Assembly (NCBI GenBank): GCA_031287215.1
Contig: JAITTF010000150.1
Span: 1-53,339, forward strand
Length of the DNA stretch: 53,339 nucleotides
Direction: 5' to 3'
Source of the DNA: Bacteroidales bacterium
GTDB taxonomy: Bacteria > Bacteroidota > Bacteroidia > Bacteroidales > WCHB1-69
Positions 35,336-45,184 of the stretch are shown here, piece by piece. A model generated the notes under the pieces. It made no database searches, was not told the origin of the DNA, and was given only the letters and a program-made list of their open reading frames with translations. Made by a program: the position numbers and the translations under genes. Position 1 is the stretch's first letter; each line of letters starts with the position of its first letter.

Positions 35336-35976
35336 TATTCAGTAAGAAAAAATAGAATAATTCGAGAAGAGTCCGGAGAATAGTGTTCTTCTCCATCAAC
35401 AAGAGTTGGTTTTTCCGGAATAATAATCTGTATCAATGGAGCGTTACCTTTTTTATTTTGTTTGTTGATTTCATCTAAACCGCTTTTCAGATCTTCAAAA
35501 ACAGCAGTTTTATCTGCCACAATAATAATATCTTTTGCCAAATAATGAATCGAAGGGTAGAGCATGTTTTTCTGTGTTAAACAAATAGCACCCATTCTGG
35601 CAATCAAGGCATTTGACATAAAAATAGCAAGATCAGCAGGTTTGTTGTCAAAAAGTATATTAGAAACCGATTTTTTATTTTCTTGTAAAAAAGAAATTAA
35701 AGACTTGTCAATGGATAAAATGGAACTGTATCTCTGGTCTTCAACAAGTTGCAACAAACGAGGAACGAAATTGGATGAAGAACAAGGAACAAATTTTCCT
35801 CCTGCACTACGAAAATTTGTAATAAATAAACGAACAGCATCCTCAATAGGCTTATTATTTTCACAATAGATATCGGCATCACTAAATCTATTTTGTTTTT
35901 TATAGTTTAAAGCTCCTCTAATATCTTTTCTGATTTCTTCTTTAATAGCATTTTTAACTGCTGCAATCTTTGCCAT
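35335..35976 (-). CDS. LUD-domain (LutC/YkgG-like) protein
   Basis: 213 aa from MAKIAAVKNAIKEE. The C-terminal part, with ALIARMGAICLTQ and IIIPEKP, is typical of LUD-domain proteins. The track start (TTG 36018, MYLC...) translates the promoter box. Confidence 0.65.
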   Translation of the reverse strand: MAKIAAVKNAIKEEIRKDIRGALNYKKQNRFSDADIYCENNKPIEDAVRLFITNFRSAGGKFVPCSSSNFVPRLLQLVEDQRYSSILSIDKSLISFLQENKKSVSNILFDNKPADLAIFMSNALIARMGAICLTQKNMLYPSIHYLAKDIIIVADKTAVFEDLKSGLDEINKQNKKGNAPLIQIIIPEKPTLVDGEEHYSPDSSRIILFFLTE

Positions 35977-36007
35977 TTTAAAAAAATAAATGATGATTAT
36001 TTGCCGA

Positions 36008-36015
36008 CAAAGATA
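36008..36015 (-). promoter_or_regulatory. Bacteroidota-type -7 promoter box (TAnnTTTG) for the LUD-cdsA operon
   Basis: Minus-strand TATCTTTG, 32 nt upstream of ATG 35976. Confidence 0.55.
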
Positions 36016-36030
36016 CAAAAAAAAATTATG

Positions 36031-36038
36031 TATATTTG
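36031..36038 (+). promoter_or_regulatory. Bacteroidota-type -7 promoter box (TAnnTTTG) for comEC
   Basis: TATATTTG, 16 nt upstream of ATG 36054. It is divergent from the box at 36008..36015. Confidence 0.55.
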
Positions 36039-36053
36039 TGGCAAATTACTACG

Positions 36054-37919
36054 ATGAACTCCAACAACTACCCTATTCTAAAAATACTATTTCCATTAAT
36101 TTTAGGAATTTTAATTGCTTTTTTGGGTAGTTTTTCATTTAAGTACAGCAATTATTTGTTTTTTATTATTGTATTTTTTTTACTTTTTTCTGCATTTTTA
36201 TTTCATAAATTGAAATATAAAAAACAATTTTTAGGATCCATTTTGTTGCAAATTTGTTTTGTTATTGCAGGTTTCTTATCTACTCAACACCACCTTTTGT
36301 TCAATAATGAAACCGAAAACAAGGATTGTTTCCAGAAAAATAAAGATTGGATCGTTACAATTAACGATATGGCTGTTGAAAAAGAAAGAACCTTCAAATT
36401 TCGATGTAAGGTAGAAGGTTCTCTTCAAAACAATCCTATTCAAGAAAATGCAATTCTCTATTTTCAAAAAACTGAAAAAAGTAGTAACCTAAAAATAGGA
36501 GATCAATTGCTCATCCATGCAAAATTCAACCCCATAGAAAAGAATACAAATCCATATTCTTTTGATTTTAAAACATATATGCAGAGAAAGAAAATTCGCT
36601 ATACTGCTTATATTTCTCCAGTAAATTTTCAAGTAGTCAATACCTTAGAGCATTTTTCAGTTAGAAAAATGTCTTTTCAAATACAACACTTTTTTATAGA
36701 CCAATTTAATAAAGCCGGTATGGACGGTGATGAATTTGCCATTGCTACTGCTATTTTATTAGGAAATAACGAAAATTTAAATCCCGAACTAAGAAACAGT
36801 TACGCTTCTGCAGGGGTTAGTCATATTTTATGTGTTTCGGGTATGCATGTTGGGATTATTTACATGATTCTCAATTTTTTACTGCATTCTTTTGATATTA
36901 ATCGAAAAAGTAGAATGGTTAAAAACATCATCATTTTATCATTGATTTGGATTTATGCTAACATTACAGGGTTAGCTCCTTCAGTACTTCGTTCTGCCAT
37001 GATGTTTTCTTTTGTCTCTATAGGAGACTTATTCAATAGAAATTGCAATATCTATCACAGCCTTTTTACTTCCCTATTTGTATTACTGTGTATTAACCCT
37101 TTATATCTTTTTGAAATGGGTTTGCAATTAAGTTACCTTGCTGTCTTTGGAATTGCTCTTTTTCAAAGACCTATTGTTAATTTATGGACACCTAAAACAA
37201 AGTTGACTAAATATTTTTGGGAATTAATTTCTGTATCTTTGTCAGCGCAATTGGCTACGTGCCCTATTAGTATTTACTATTTCGGGCAATTTCCCAATTA
37301 TTTTTTATTGTCCAATATCGCTGTGATGATGCTCTCTTTTATCATCGTAATTTCCGGCGTTGTGGTGTTAGTTTTCTCTTTTTCTAACATTATTGCTACT
37401 TTTTTTGCTCAAATACTCTGTTTTGAAATATCAAAAATGAATATTATTATTAGATTTATTGAAAAAATGCCGGGCGCTGTATCTGATTATTTAGCCCTTT
37501 CAATATCACAAGTGATACTCTTATATATAATTATTTTAGGTTTTTATCTTTTTCTCCTGAATAAAAAAAATATCTTTTATTGGCTTTCAATAGCATCTCT
37601 CCTTGTCTTTTCTTTAGAAATGGCTTTTTATACGTATGAAGGAAAAAAAGAAGTTTCTGTTACCGTCTATTCTATTCCTCATCGAAATGCAATTAATTTT
37701 AATTATCATGGAAACAGCATTTTGGTAAATGATTTTATGATTAATAAAACAGAGAATGACTATCGTTTTGCGATCTATAATCACGAACGAACTCGAAAAA
37801 TCAATAGCCAATTAATAGAAATCCAAAAAGACACCATCATACCGGATCTCCATTTCTTTAAAAAATCAAACTGTATTGTTTTTGATGGCAAAAAATACTT
37901 TATTGTATTATCTAAATAA
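36054..37919 (+). CDS. comEC: ComEC/Rec2-family DNA internalisation channel, without MBL nuclease motif
   Basis: Multi-TM competence domain (AGVSHILCVSGMHVG) preceded by an OB/DUF4131-like segment. No HxHxDH motif anywhere in the C-terminal ~120 aa. The start is set at ATG 36054 (MNSNNYP). Confidence 0.82.
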   Translation: MNSNNYPILKILFPLILGILIAFLGSFSFKYSNYLFFIIVFFLLFSAFLFHKLKYKKQFLGSILLQICFVIAGFLSTQHHLLFNNETENKDCFQKNKDWIVTINDMAVEKERTFKFRCKVEGSLQNNPIQENAILYFQKTEKSSNLKIGDQLLIHAKFNPIEKNTNPYSFDFKTYMQRKKIRYTAYISPVNFQVVNTLEHFSVRKMSFQIQHFFIDQFNKAGMDGDEFAIATAILLGNNENLNPELRNSYASAGVSHILCVSGMHVGIIYMILNFLLHSFDINRKSRMVKNIIILSLIWIYANITGLAPSVLRSAMMFSFVSIGDLFNRNCNIYHSLFTSLFVLLCINPLYLFEMGLQLSYLAVFGIALFQRPIVNLWTPKTKLTKYFWELISVSLSAQLATCPISIYYFGQFPNYFLLSNIAVMMLSFIIVISGVVVLVFSFSNIIATFFAQILCFEISKMNIIIRFIEKMPGAVSDYLALSISQVILLYIIILGFYLFLLNKKNIFYWLSIASLLVFSLEMAFYTYEGKKEVSVTVYSIPHRNAINFNYHGNSILVNDFMINKTENDYRFAIYNHERTRKINSQLIEIQKDTIIPDLHFFKKSNCIVFDGKKYFIVLSK

Positions 37920-37982
37920 ACGATCTTTAATCATTGAGAAAATCAAGAGAAAATCAAATTTTGATATTTAAAAAAAAACTAT

Positions 37983-37990
37983 TACATTTG
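37983..37990 (+). promoter_or_regulatory. Bacteroidota-type -7 promoter box (TAnnTTTG) for queD
   Basis: TACATTTG, 18 nt upstream of ATG 38008. Confidence 0.55.
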
Positions 37991-38007
37991 CACAAAAATT
38001 TAAAGAT

Positions 38008-38460
38008 ATGTCAATCGTTAGAATCACCAAACAATTTACCTTCGAAATGGCTCACGCACTGACCGGTTATGACGGTTTATGCCGTAATATTCATGGGCAC
38101 TCTTACCACTTGGATGTTACCGTAAAAGGAACTCCCTGTCAAGATAAAAATTCACCTAAAATCGGAATGCTTATTGACTTTGGAGACCTGAAAAAAATTG
38201 TCAATGAAGAGATTGTCCTCATTTTTGACCATGCTTTAGTATTGAATAAAAAAAGTAATGCAGAAACCATAACCCTCTTGCAAAAAAATTACGAAAAGGT
38301 CTTCTTAACCACCTTCCAACCTACTACCGAAAATCTATTGGGCTATTTCGCAGAAAAATTAAAAAAACAATTCCCGGCACATCTAAAACTTATTGCCCTT
38401 AAATTGCGTGAAACCGACAGCTCTTTTGCAGAATGGTATGAAGAAGATAATCAAGAATAA
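38008..38460 (+). CDS. queD: 6-carboxytetrahydropterin synthase
   Basis: 150 aa. PTPS-fold motifs FTFEMAHAL and CRNIHGHSY. Confidence 0.88.
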   Translation: MSIVRITKQFTFEMAHALTGYDGLCRNIHGHSYHLDVTVKGTPCQDKNSPKIGMLIDFGDLKKIVNEEIVLIFDHALVLNKKSNAETITLLQKNYEKVFLTTFQPTTENLLGYFAEKLKKQFPAHLKLIALKLRETDSSFAEWYEEDNQE

Positions 38461-40738
38461 AAAACTGCTCATTCTACTCTCTTGTATAGTCATTCTTCTT
38501 ATTGCCTATATTTTTTGTTTACCCCGTAAACTTTTTGATGTTGAATATGCTACAGTAGTCAACGACCGAAACGAAGACCTGCTGGGCGCTCGGATAGCCT
38601 CAGACCAACAATGGCGCTTTCCGCCTGCTGATTCTGTTCCGGATAAATACAAACAATGTCTGCTGGCGTTTGAAGACCACTATTTCTATTGGCATTGGGG
38701 AGTGAATCCTGTTGCGATGGGAAGAGCTCTCTTTCAGAATATCAAAAACCATAAAATTGTTAGTGGCGGCAGTACCATTACAATGCAAGTAATTCGTTTG
38801 TCAAGAAATAAAAACAGAAATATAGCAGAAAAAATTTGGGAAAGTATTTTGGCTACCCGCTTAGAATTTAGATATTCAAAAGAAAAAATATTGATTTTGT
38901 ACGCTTCTCATGCTCCTTTTGGAGGGAATATTGTAGGTATTGAAGCTGCCTCTTGGCGTTTTTTTGGTCATGCAGCTCATCAACTTTCATGGAGTGAAGC
39001 CTCCGTGCTGGCTATATTGCCTAATGCACCGGCACTATTACACCTCTCTAAAAATCGACAAGCCCTCCTCGAAAAAAGAGATAGACTACTCAAAAAATTG
39101 AAAGACAACAACACGATTGACCAGATAACCTACGAACTCGCTATCGTCGAACCACTACCCTCAGAACCACAACCACTGCCTCAAAATGCCCCACATTTAG
39201 TCAACTACTTTTTTAAAAATAAACCCGGCAATCAGATTCATTCTACAATCAATAAAGAACTGCAATCAGAAATTGAAGCTCTTTTGCAAAGAAGAAATAG
39301 CGAATTACTCCTTATGGACATCCGAAATATGGCTGCTATTGTTATTGATATTCAGACTAATGAAATAATTGCCTATTGTGGTAATGTAAATTTTAACCAA
39401 CAAGCCTCCGGCAATCAAGTCGATATTATTACTTCCGAAAGAAGCACAGGAAGTATCTTAAAACCTTTTCTCTTTTATCTGGCACTTCAAGAAGGTACTT
39501 TACTTCCTAATACTCTCATTCCAGATATTCCATTGAATATCAATGGATTTATGCCTAAAAATTTTAATTTACAATATGATGGTGCTGTCCCTGCTTCCAA
39601 AGCAGTTGCTCGTTCTCTCAACGTGCCTATGGTCTGGCTTTTAAAACAATATAGTGTCCCCAAATTTTATGATTTTCTAAAAAACAACGGGATTATGTCT
39701 CTAAAACAATCGCCTTCACATTATGGATTGTCTTTGATTTTGGGTGGAGCAGAAGCTACACTTGGTGAAATTACGAATGGGTATGCCAATATGGGGCGGA
39801 GTCTATTAGGTATAGAAAACAGACACTTTATGATGGAAAAAGGAGAAAAAACAAAAGTGATGAAAACTCCTTTTGAGTCTGCCGCCGTTTGGCAAGTATT
39901 TGAAGCGATCAAAGAGGTAAACCGCCCTGAAGAAATTGATTGGCGTAATATCCCTTCTATGCAAAGTATCGCATGGAAAACGGGGACAAGCTACGGCTAT
40001 AGAGATGCTTGGGCTGTAGGTGTAAACTCAAAATATGCTGTCGGCGTCTGGGTAGGTAATGCCTCAGGAGAAGGGAAACCGGAACTGCTGGGTGCTAAAA
40101 CTGCCGGTCCCATTATGTTTGATATTTTTGAACACCTCCCCAGTGCAAAGTGGTTTCCTGAACCAACCTCAAAACTTACACCCGTAGAAGTATGCCACCA
40201 ATCAGGGCACTTGAAAGGACGTTTTTGTGAAGAAATTGACACTGTAAAAATTTGTGCCAGAGGTACAAATACAACTCCCTGTCCCTATCACATCAGTGTA
40301 ACTCTCTCTTTGGATGAAAAATATAGAGTTTATGAAAATTGCATCGCTGATAATCAAACAACCACTAAGACCTTTTTTGTCTTACCTCCTTCTTGGGCAT
40401 GGTATTACAAGCAAAATCATCCCAATTACAAATCCCTACCGCCATTTCTAAAAGGCTGTGGCGGAGACGATGAAAAGAGCATGCAATTTGTATATCCTTT
40501 AAACAACAGCCGTATAAAAATTGCCAAACAGATGGACGGTTCAAAAGGAAAAATTACTTTTGAAGTGGCACACACCCGCAGTAATGCAACCCTATTTTGG
40601 CATATCAACAATCAATACACCACCTCCACTACCGATTTCCATACCATTTCCATTAATCTCTCTGCCGGAAAGCATCACATCTCCGTAACCGACGACGAAG
40701 GCAACACCACCGGAATCGCTATCGAGGTTTGGGAATAA
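38438..40738 (+). CDS. pbpC: penicillin-binding protein 1C
   Basis: TM anchor, GT51 motifs (EDHYFYWHWGVNP, GGSTITMQ), transpeptidase STGSILKP and KTGTS, and a PBP1C-type C-terminal beta domain. ATG 38438 (MKKIIKNKK) overlaps the queD end by 23 nt. Confidence 0.9.
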   Translation: MKKIIKNKKLLILLSCIVILLIAYIFCLPRKLFDVEYATVVNDRNEDLLGARIASDQQWRFPPADSVPDKYKQCLLAFEDHYFYWHWGVNPVAMGRALFQNIKNHKIVSGGSTITMQVIRLSRNKNRNIAEKIWESILATRLEFRYSKEKILILYASHAPFGGNIVGIEAASWRFFGHAAHQLSWSEASVLAILPNAPALLHLSKNRQALLEKRDRLLKKLKDNNTIDQITYELAIVEPLPSEPQPLPQNAPHLVNYFFKNKPGNQIHSTINKELQSEIEALLQRRNSELLLMDIRNMAAIVIDIQTNEIIAYCGNVNFNQQASGNQVDIITSERSTGSILKPFLFYLALQEGTLLPNTLIPDIPLNINGFMPKNFNLQYDGAVPASKAVARSLNVPMVWLLKQYSVPKFYDFLKNNGIMSLKQSPSHYGLSLILGGAEATLGEITNGYANMGRSLLGIENRHFMMEKGEKTKVMKTPFESAAVWQVFEAIKEVNRPEEIDWRNIPSMQSIAWKTGTSYGYRDAWAVGVNSKYAVGVWVGNASGEGKPELLGAKTAGPIMFDIFEHLPSAKWFPEPTSKLTPVEVCHQSGHLKGRFCEEIDTVKICARGTNTTPCPYHISVTLSLDEKYRVYENCIADNQTTTKTFFVLPPSWAWYYKQNHPNYKSLPPFLKGCGGDDEKSMQFVYPLNNSRIKIAKQMDGSKGKITFEVAHTRSNATLFWHINNQYTTSTTDFHTISINLSAGKHHISVTDDEGNTTGIAIEVWE

Positions 40739-41075
40739 AAAACTTTTTTATAAAAATCATTAGGAAACCTCTAAAATTTAGTGCACTGATTGTTAACAGA
40801 TTGTAGTTTTATTAAAAATCGCCAAACAACCTGTGTAATGTTTTGATATTCTACTAATTATTTGTAGTTGTAGTGTAAAAACAGGAGGTAGTGGACAAAA
40901 AAATGGAATATTGATTGTGCCAGAAAAAATTCGGATAGTCTTAACCGCATGATTGAAAGAATTAAAAAGTTAATTTAATTCAAATTTCATATAAAAAAAC
41001 ATTTTACTGTTTTAACTTTTTCCTTAAATATCTGTCATTAATATTAGTGTTTAATAATATTTGATAACAATAACG

Positions 41076-41552
41076 ATGTTGAAAAATCTTGATGAATTAA
41101 AGTCTAATATCCAATTTGAAATGCCTGAAAATGATTATTTTGAGGCTATGAAAAAGGATTTATTCAAAAAAATCCATCAAAAAAAGAAAAACTTACGCCT
41201 TAGGACAATTATATACAGCACCTCTATTGCAGCCTCTTTTTTAATCATCTTCACTGTTATTCAATATTTTCCCTCCACAACAGATCCTGGTTTAGCTCAA
41301 TTAACAGAAAAAAATATTCCTATTGATCAGATTGCTATTGACGCACCATCAGTAGTTGATGTTGCTATTGAGCCTATCGCTAATGCATCTGAGACCCTTG
41401 CAGTTGTAAAGACCAAAGCTATCGCTACTCCAAATGCTTTTCAGTCAACTGTTGCTGTGACGACTCCTGATGATGAAGTTAGCTTTCAAGTTGCTGCTTA
41501 TTACGAAGAAGAGTTGGCAGACCTCAGCAATTTTGACATTTTTTGTTATTAA
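41076..41552 (+). CDS. single-pass membrane protein, anti-sigma-factor-like layout
   Basis: 158 aa from ATG 41076: a short cytoplasmic N-terminus, one TM (IIYSTSIAASFLIIFTVIQYF), and an Ala/Thr/Val-rich exterior tail. There is no catalytic motif. Confidence 0.5.
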   Translation: MLKNLDELKSNIQFEMPENDYFEAMKKDLFKKIHQKKKNLRLRTIIYSTSIAASFLIIFTVIQYFPSTTDPGLAQLTEKNIPIDQIAIDAPSVVDVAIEPIANASETLAVVKTKAIATPNAFQSTVAVTTPDDEVSFQVAAYYEEELADLSNFDIFCY

Positions 41553-41569
41553 TAAATAAAACAATTATC

Positions 41570-42106
41570 ATGAAAAAATCATTCATCATATTTTCAGCTA
41601 TAGGTTTTCTTTTTAGCTTTTCTATTCAAGCACAAAGTATTACAAAAGTTCCTGATAAACTAACAAAAGCACCTGATACTAAGAAAGTTCATACTACAGA
41701 AGTTAAGGAGATGTTAGAAAAAACCTGCTGTGTGATAGATATAAAACGAAATTATTATCGTACCAATTTCAAAATTACCGAAGATGCCAGAGCGGAAAGG
41801 TTTTGGAACTATTTTGATGCGTATGTATCTCGAGAACAAGAAGTCCATGAGAATTTCAATAAAGCATTAGAAGCAAATAATATTCAAAAAGAGCATGGTA
41901 TTGTCAATTTTGACAATTTAAATGACAAACAAATTTGGCTGTTTTTTGACCTTAAAAAAGAACATAAAAAATTTTTAGCCGACAATGACGATTTTTTCTA
42001 CTCTAAAATCAAAGAGTGTTTAAACGCAAAAGAGGTTGTTGAATACCTCAAATTGGAAAGATCTTTCAAAAAAGAGGTTGTAGATGTTTATAAATCCAAA
42101 AGATAA
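41570..42106 (+). CDS. secreted helical protein (Spy/CpxP-like by composition)
   Basis: Signal peptide MKKSFIIFSAIGFLFSFSIQAQ, then a Lys/Glu/Asn-rich, predicted-helical 155 aa. ATG 41570 is 17 nt after the previous stop. Confidence 0.5.
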   Translation: MKKSFIIFSAIGFLFSFSIQAQSITKVPDKLTKAPDTKKVHTTEVKEMLEKTCCVIDIKRNYYRTNFKITEDARAERFWNYFDAYVSREQEVHENFNKALEANNIQKEHGIVNFDNLNDKQIWLFFDLKKEHKKFLADNDDFFYSKIKECLNAKEVVEYLKLERSFKKEVVDVYKSKR

Positions 42107-42185
42107 TCTTACTTTTTTTCATTTTATCTTTACTTTTCATAATTGAGAAAAAATATTTTTTTTCTCTGAATAAAATTTTTTAACG

Positions 42186-42193
42186 TATTTTTG
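42186..42193 (+). promoter_or_regulatory. Bacteroidota-type -7 promoter box (TAnnTTTG) for the AsmA-family gene
   Basis: TATTTTTG, 26 nt upstream of ATG 42219. Confidence 0.5.
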
Positions 42194-42218
42194 CTGCTTT
42201 AAATAAAAAAAATTAGAA

Positions 42219-45041
42219 ATGAAAAAAATCACAGTTACCAAAGGCGTAAAAAAAGGGCTTAAAATTACAGGTTTTACCCTTTTAGGAATATTATTATTGC
42301 TCATTACTATTCCTATTTTTTTCCAAAAACAGATCCTTGAAATTACCTTGAAAGAGGCTAATAAAATGCTGGACGCAAAAGTATCTATTGAAAATTGTCG
42401 TTTGAGTTTGATTCGCAACTTCCCTAATCCTACAGTTGTTTTAAAAAAGGTTTTGATCGAGAACAAAGCCCCTTTTGAAGGCGATACGCTCTTGCAAGCT
42501 CAAGAGGTCATGGCAGGGATTAATCTGTTTTCTCTCTTTTCCGACCAATATCATATCACTAAAGTGGTGATTAATGATGCACGAGTGCACCTGCTTACTA
42601 ACCAAGATACACTCTCCAACTGGAGTATCTACCATTCTACAGATACCGTGCAAAAACCGGAAGAAGAGTCTGCTCCGCTCAATTTAAAATTTGATAAAGT
42701 AAGTTTAAGTCATATTTATGTCTATTACAACGACATCCCGGGTGCAATGAAAGCGGAAGTAAAAGATTTTAATTTTACCTTATCCGGGAATCTTTCGGCT
42801 GACCAAACCGTCCTTAAAACCGCTATGGAAGCCGCCTCTATTGATTTTGCCATGAATAAGATCCCTTTTGCCCATAATTTGCATTTTAAATTGAAATCTA
42901 AAATTGATGCTGACCTTAATAAATATAAATTTACGGTTTTAGATAACGAAATAGCCCTCAATGATCTTATTCTTCAACTTGAAGGATGGGTTGCAATGCC
43001 GGAAGAACCTATTGATATGGATATTAAACTCAAAATACCTAAAAATGACTTTAAAAATATTCTTTCGCTTGTGCCCGCTATCTATGCTAAAGATTTTAAA
43101 GAGATCAAAACAGAGGGCAAAGTGGCTTTAGACGCTTATGCTAAAGGACACTATTATAAAGACCAATACCCTGCTTTTGGGTTAAGTTTGCTGGTCAACA
43201 ATGCCAAATTCCAATATCCTTCTCTGCCGGCAGGAGTTACTAACATTGAAATAGATGCTAAAGTTGCCAATAAAGGTGGCAGTTTGGATAATACCATAGT
43301 GGATATTAATAAATTTGCTTTGGCAATTTTAGAAAATCCATTTTCTTGGTGGGCACACGTGATTACCCCTATCTCCGACCCTAATATTGATATGAATATG
43401 AAAGGGACAATCAATTTAGCAGACATCAAAAAGGTATATCCTCTTGATGCAGGTCAGGATATGAGTGGCATGTTTACTATGGATTTGGCACTGAAAGGCT
43501 TACTTTCTTACGTTGAAAAAGAGCAATATGATAAATTTGTTGCCTCTGGGAATATGTTGGTGAAAGAGTTGTTGTTCAAAGACGGTAAAGAGAGTTCTAA
43601 AGACATTCGTGTTCCGGAAGCACAATTGCTTTTTACAACTGCAAAATTAAATATTCCGGTATTCAAAGCCTCTATAGGGAGGAATAGTGTAGCTGCGAAC
43701 GGTTATGTGCAAAATTATTTACCTTACATTTTTAAAGATGGTACTTTAAAGGGCAATTTTACGGTTAACTCTACTTATCTGAATGTGAATGATTTCTTGT
43801 CGGACGAGACGCCAAAACAGGAAACTCCTGCCGCCGAAGAGACACCACTTTTACTCATAGTACTTCCTGATAACTTGGATGTAAACCTCCAATTGAAAAT
43901 CGAAAAGTTGATTTATGATAATATTAACTTAGACAATGCACTATTAGGTGCCTCAATAAAAAATTCTAAGTTGACCATTAGCAAATTAGCTGCAAATCTA
44001 TTTGCCGGCAGTTTCAACATGAGTGGTTCTTATGCTACTCCTACCCCCAAAAGAGGATTGGTTGACTTAGACATCGCTGTTGCCAATATTTCTACGCAAG
44101 AGTTGTGCAATACCTTTGCATTATTTGATAAATACCTGCCATTCCTTAAAAAATCTGACGGCAAAGTCTCTTTGACGATGAATGGGAATACAGCAATGGA
44201 CGAAAAGATGTCTATTGTATTGGAGGAACTGAATATGAATGGGAAATTAGCCATTAAAGAGATTAAATTATCGCAATTAGAGACCATGAACAGTATTACG
44301 GAGGCTCTTAAATTGGAGAAATACCAAAATCTGCACCTCAGAGATTTGGAGATTCCCTACTCGATTGTAAATGGAAAGATGTTTACAAAACCGTTTAATT
44401 TTAAGATAGATAAAGGTAATGTAGCAGTAGAGCAGGGCAGTGTTGGCTTAGACAAGTCAGTAGATTATACCGCCGTCATTAGCATGCCAATGACGGTAGT
44501 CCCTGCCAATACCTTAAATATGGCTAACTCCTTAGCTGCAAAAGCAACAGCTGCCGGTTTTAACACTACTATAGGTAATGAAATCAAATTTGCGCTCAAA
44601 TTGACCGGTAAATTACCTAAACCTAAGGTTTCAGTGGGGTTAGACAATGCCCGCAATATGATTGAGAGTACGGTAGAACAAGTTAAAGAACAGGTCAAAG
44701 AGGTTGCTAAAGAGACCGTCAATAAAGCATTAGAAGAGGCTCAAAAACAGGCGGATGCTTTAGTAGCCGCCGCCAGAAAGTCTGCTGATGATATAGTAGC
44801 CGCTCAGAAAAAAGCTGCCGACAAAATCTTAGCCGATGCTCAAGCAGAAGCAGATAAAATGATTAATTCTACTAAGAATCCATTAGAAAAAGCCGCTAAA
44901 AAGGTTGCTGCTGATGCAATCTTAAAAGAAGCCCGAAAGCAAGCAGACCAAGTAAATTTAGATGCTCAAAAACAGGGTGATAAACTCATTGCAGATGCAC
45001 AAACTAAAGGAAATGCACTGATTGAAAAGGCTAAACAGTAA
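42219..45041 (+). CDS. AsmA-family envelope protein
   Basis: 940 aa. N-terminal TM anchor, a long beta-rich body with an AsmA-like N-terminal region, and a C-terminal Ala/Lys/Gln/Asp-rich coiled-coil. Confidence 0.78.
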   Translation: MKKITVTKGVKKGLKITGFTLLGILLLLITIPIFFQKQILEITLKEANKMLDAKVSIENCRLSLIRNFPNPTVVLKKVLIENKAPFEGDTLLQAQEVMAGINLFSLFSDQYHITKVVINDARVHLLTNQDTLSNWSIYHSTDTVQKPEEESAPLNLKFDKVSLSHIYVYYNDIPGAMKAEVKDFNFTLSGNLSADQTVLKTAMEAASIDFAMNKIPFAHNLHFKLKSKIDADLNKYKFTVLDNEIALNDLILQLEGWVAMPEEPIDMDIKLKIPKNDFKNILSLVPAIYAKDFKEIKTEGKVALDAYAKGHYYKDQYPAFGLSLLVNNAKFQYPSLPAGVTNIEIDAKVANKGGSLDNTIVDINKFALAILENPFSWWAHVITPISDPNIDMNMKGTINLADIKKVYPLDAGQDMSGMFTMDLALKGLLSYVEKEQYDKFVASGNMLVKELLFKDGKESSKDIRVPEAQLLFTTAKLNIPVFKASIGRNSVAANGYVQNYLPYIFKDGTLKGNFTVNSTYLNVNDFLSDETPKQETPAAEETPLLLIVLPDNLDVNLQLKIEKLIYDNINLDNALLGASIKNSKLTISKLAANLFAGSFNMSGSYATPTPKRGLVDLDIAVANISTQELCNTFALFDKYLPFLKKSDGKVSLTMNGNTAMDEKMSIVLEELNMNGKLAIKEIKLSQLETMNSITEALKLEKYQNLHLRDLEIPYSIVNGKMFTKPFNFKIDKGNVAVEQGSVGLDKSVDYTAVISMPMTVVPANTLNMANSLAAKATAAGFNTTIGNEIKFALKLTGKLPKPKVSVGLDNARNMIESTVEQVKEQVKEVAKETVNKALEEAQKQADALVAAARKSADDIVAAQKKAADKILADAQAEADKMINSTKNPLEKAAKKVAADAILKEARKQADQVNLDAQKQGDKLIADAQTKGNALIEKAKQ

Positions 45042-45155
45042 TTTGTATAACCTGTTTTAGTTACATTTTTTAATGATCCTTTTTTTGATTTAAGATTAAA
45101 ATATTATTTTTACATGTTTTTTTCAAGATATTGATGATGATAAAAAAAAAAATTG

Positions 45156-45163
45156 TATCTTTG
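45156..45163 (+). promoter_or_regulatory. Bacteroidota-type -7 promoter box (TAnnTTTG) for tRNA-Gln
   Basis: TATCTTTG, 22 nt upstream of the tRNA 5' end. Confidence 0.55.
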
Positions 45164-45184
45164 CAGCCTCAAAAAAAGAAGGAT

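Noticed and set aside
42137-42466. 109-aa minus-strand ORF overlapping the AsmA-family gene start and its promoter.
   Set aside because: It lies opposite a well-supported gene start and promoter box and has low-complexity composition.
45041-45070. Possible terminator after the AsmA-family gene (TAAC...GTTA followed by TTTTTT).
   Set aside because: The stem is only about 4 bp and AT-rich, which is not convincing.
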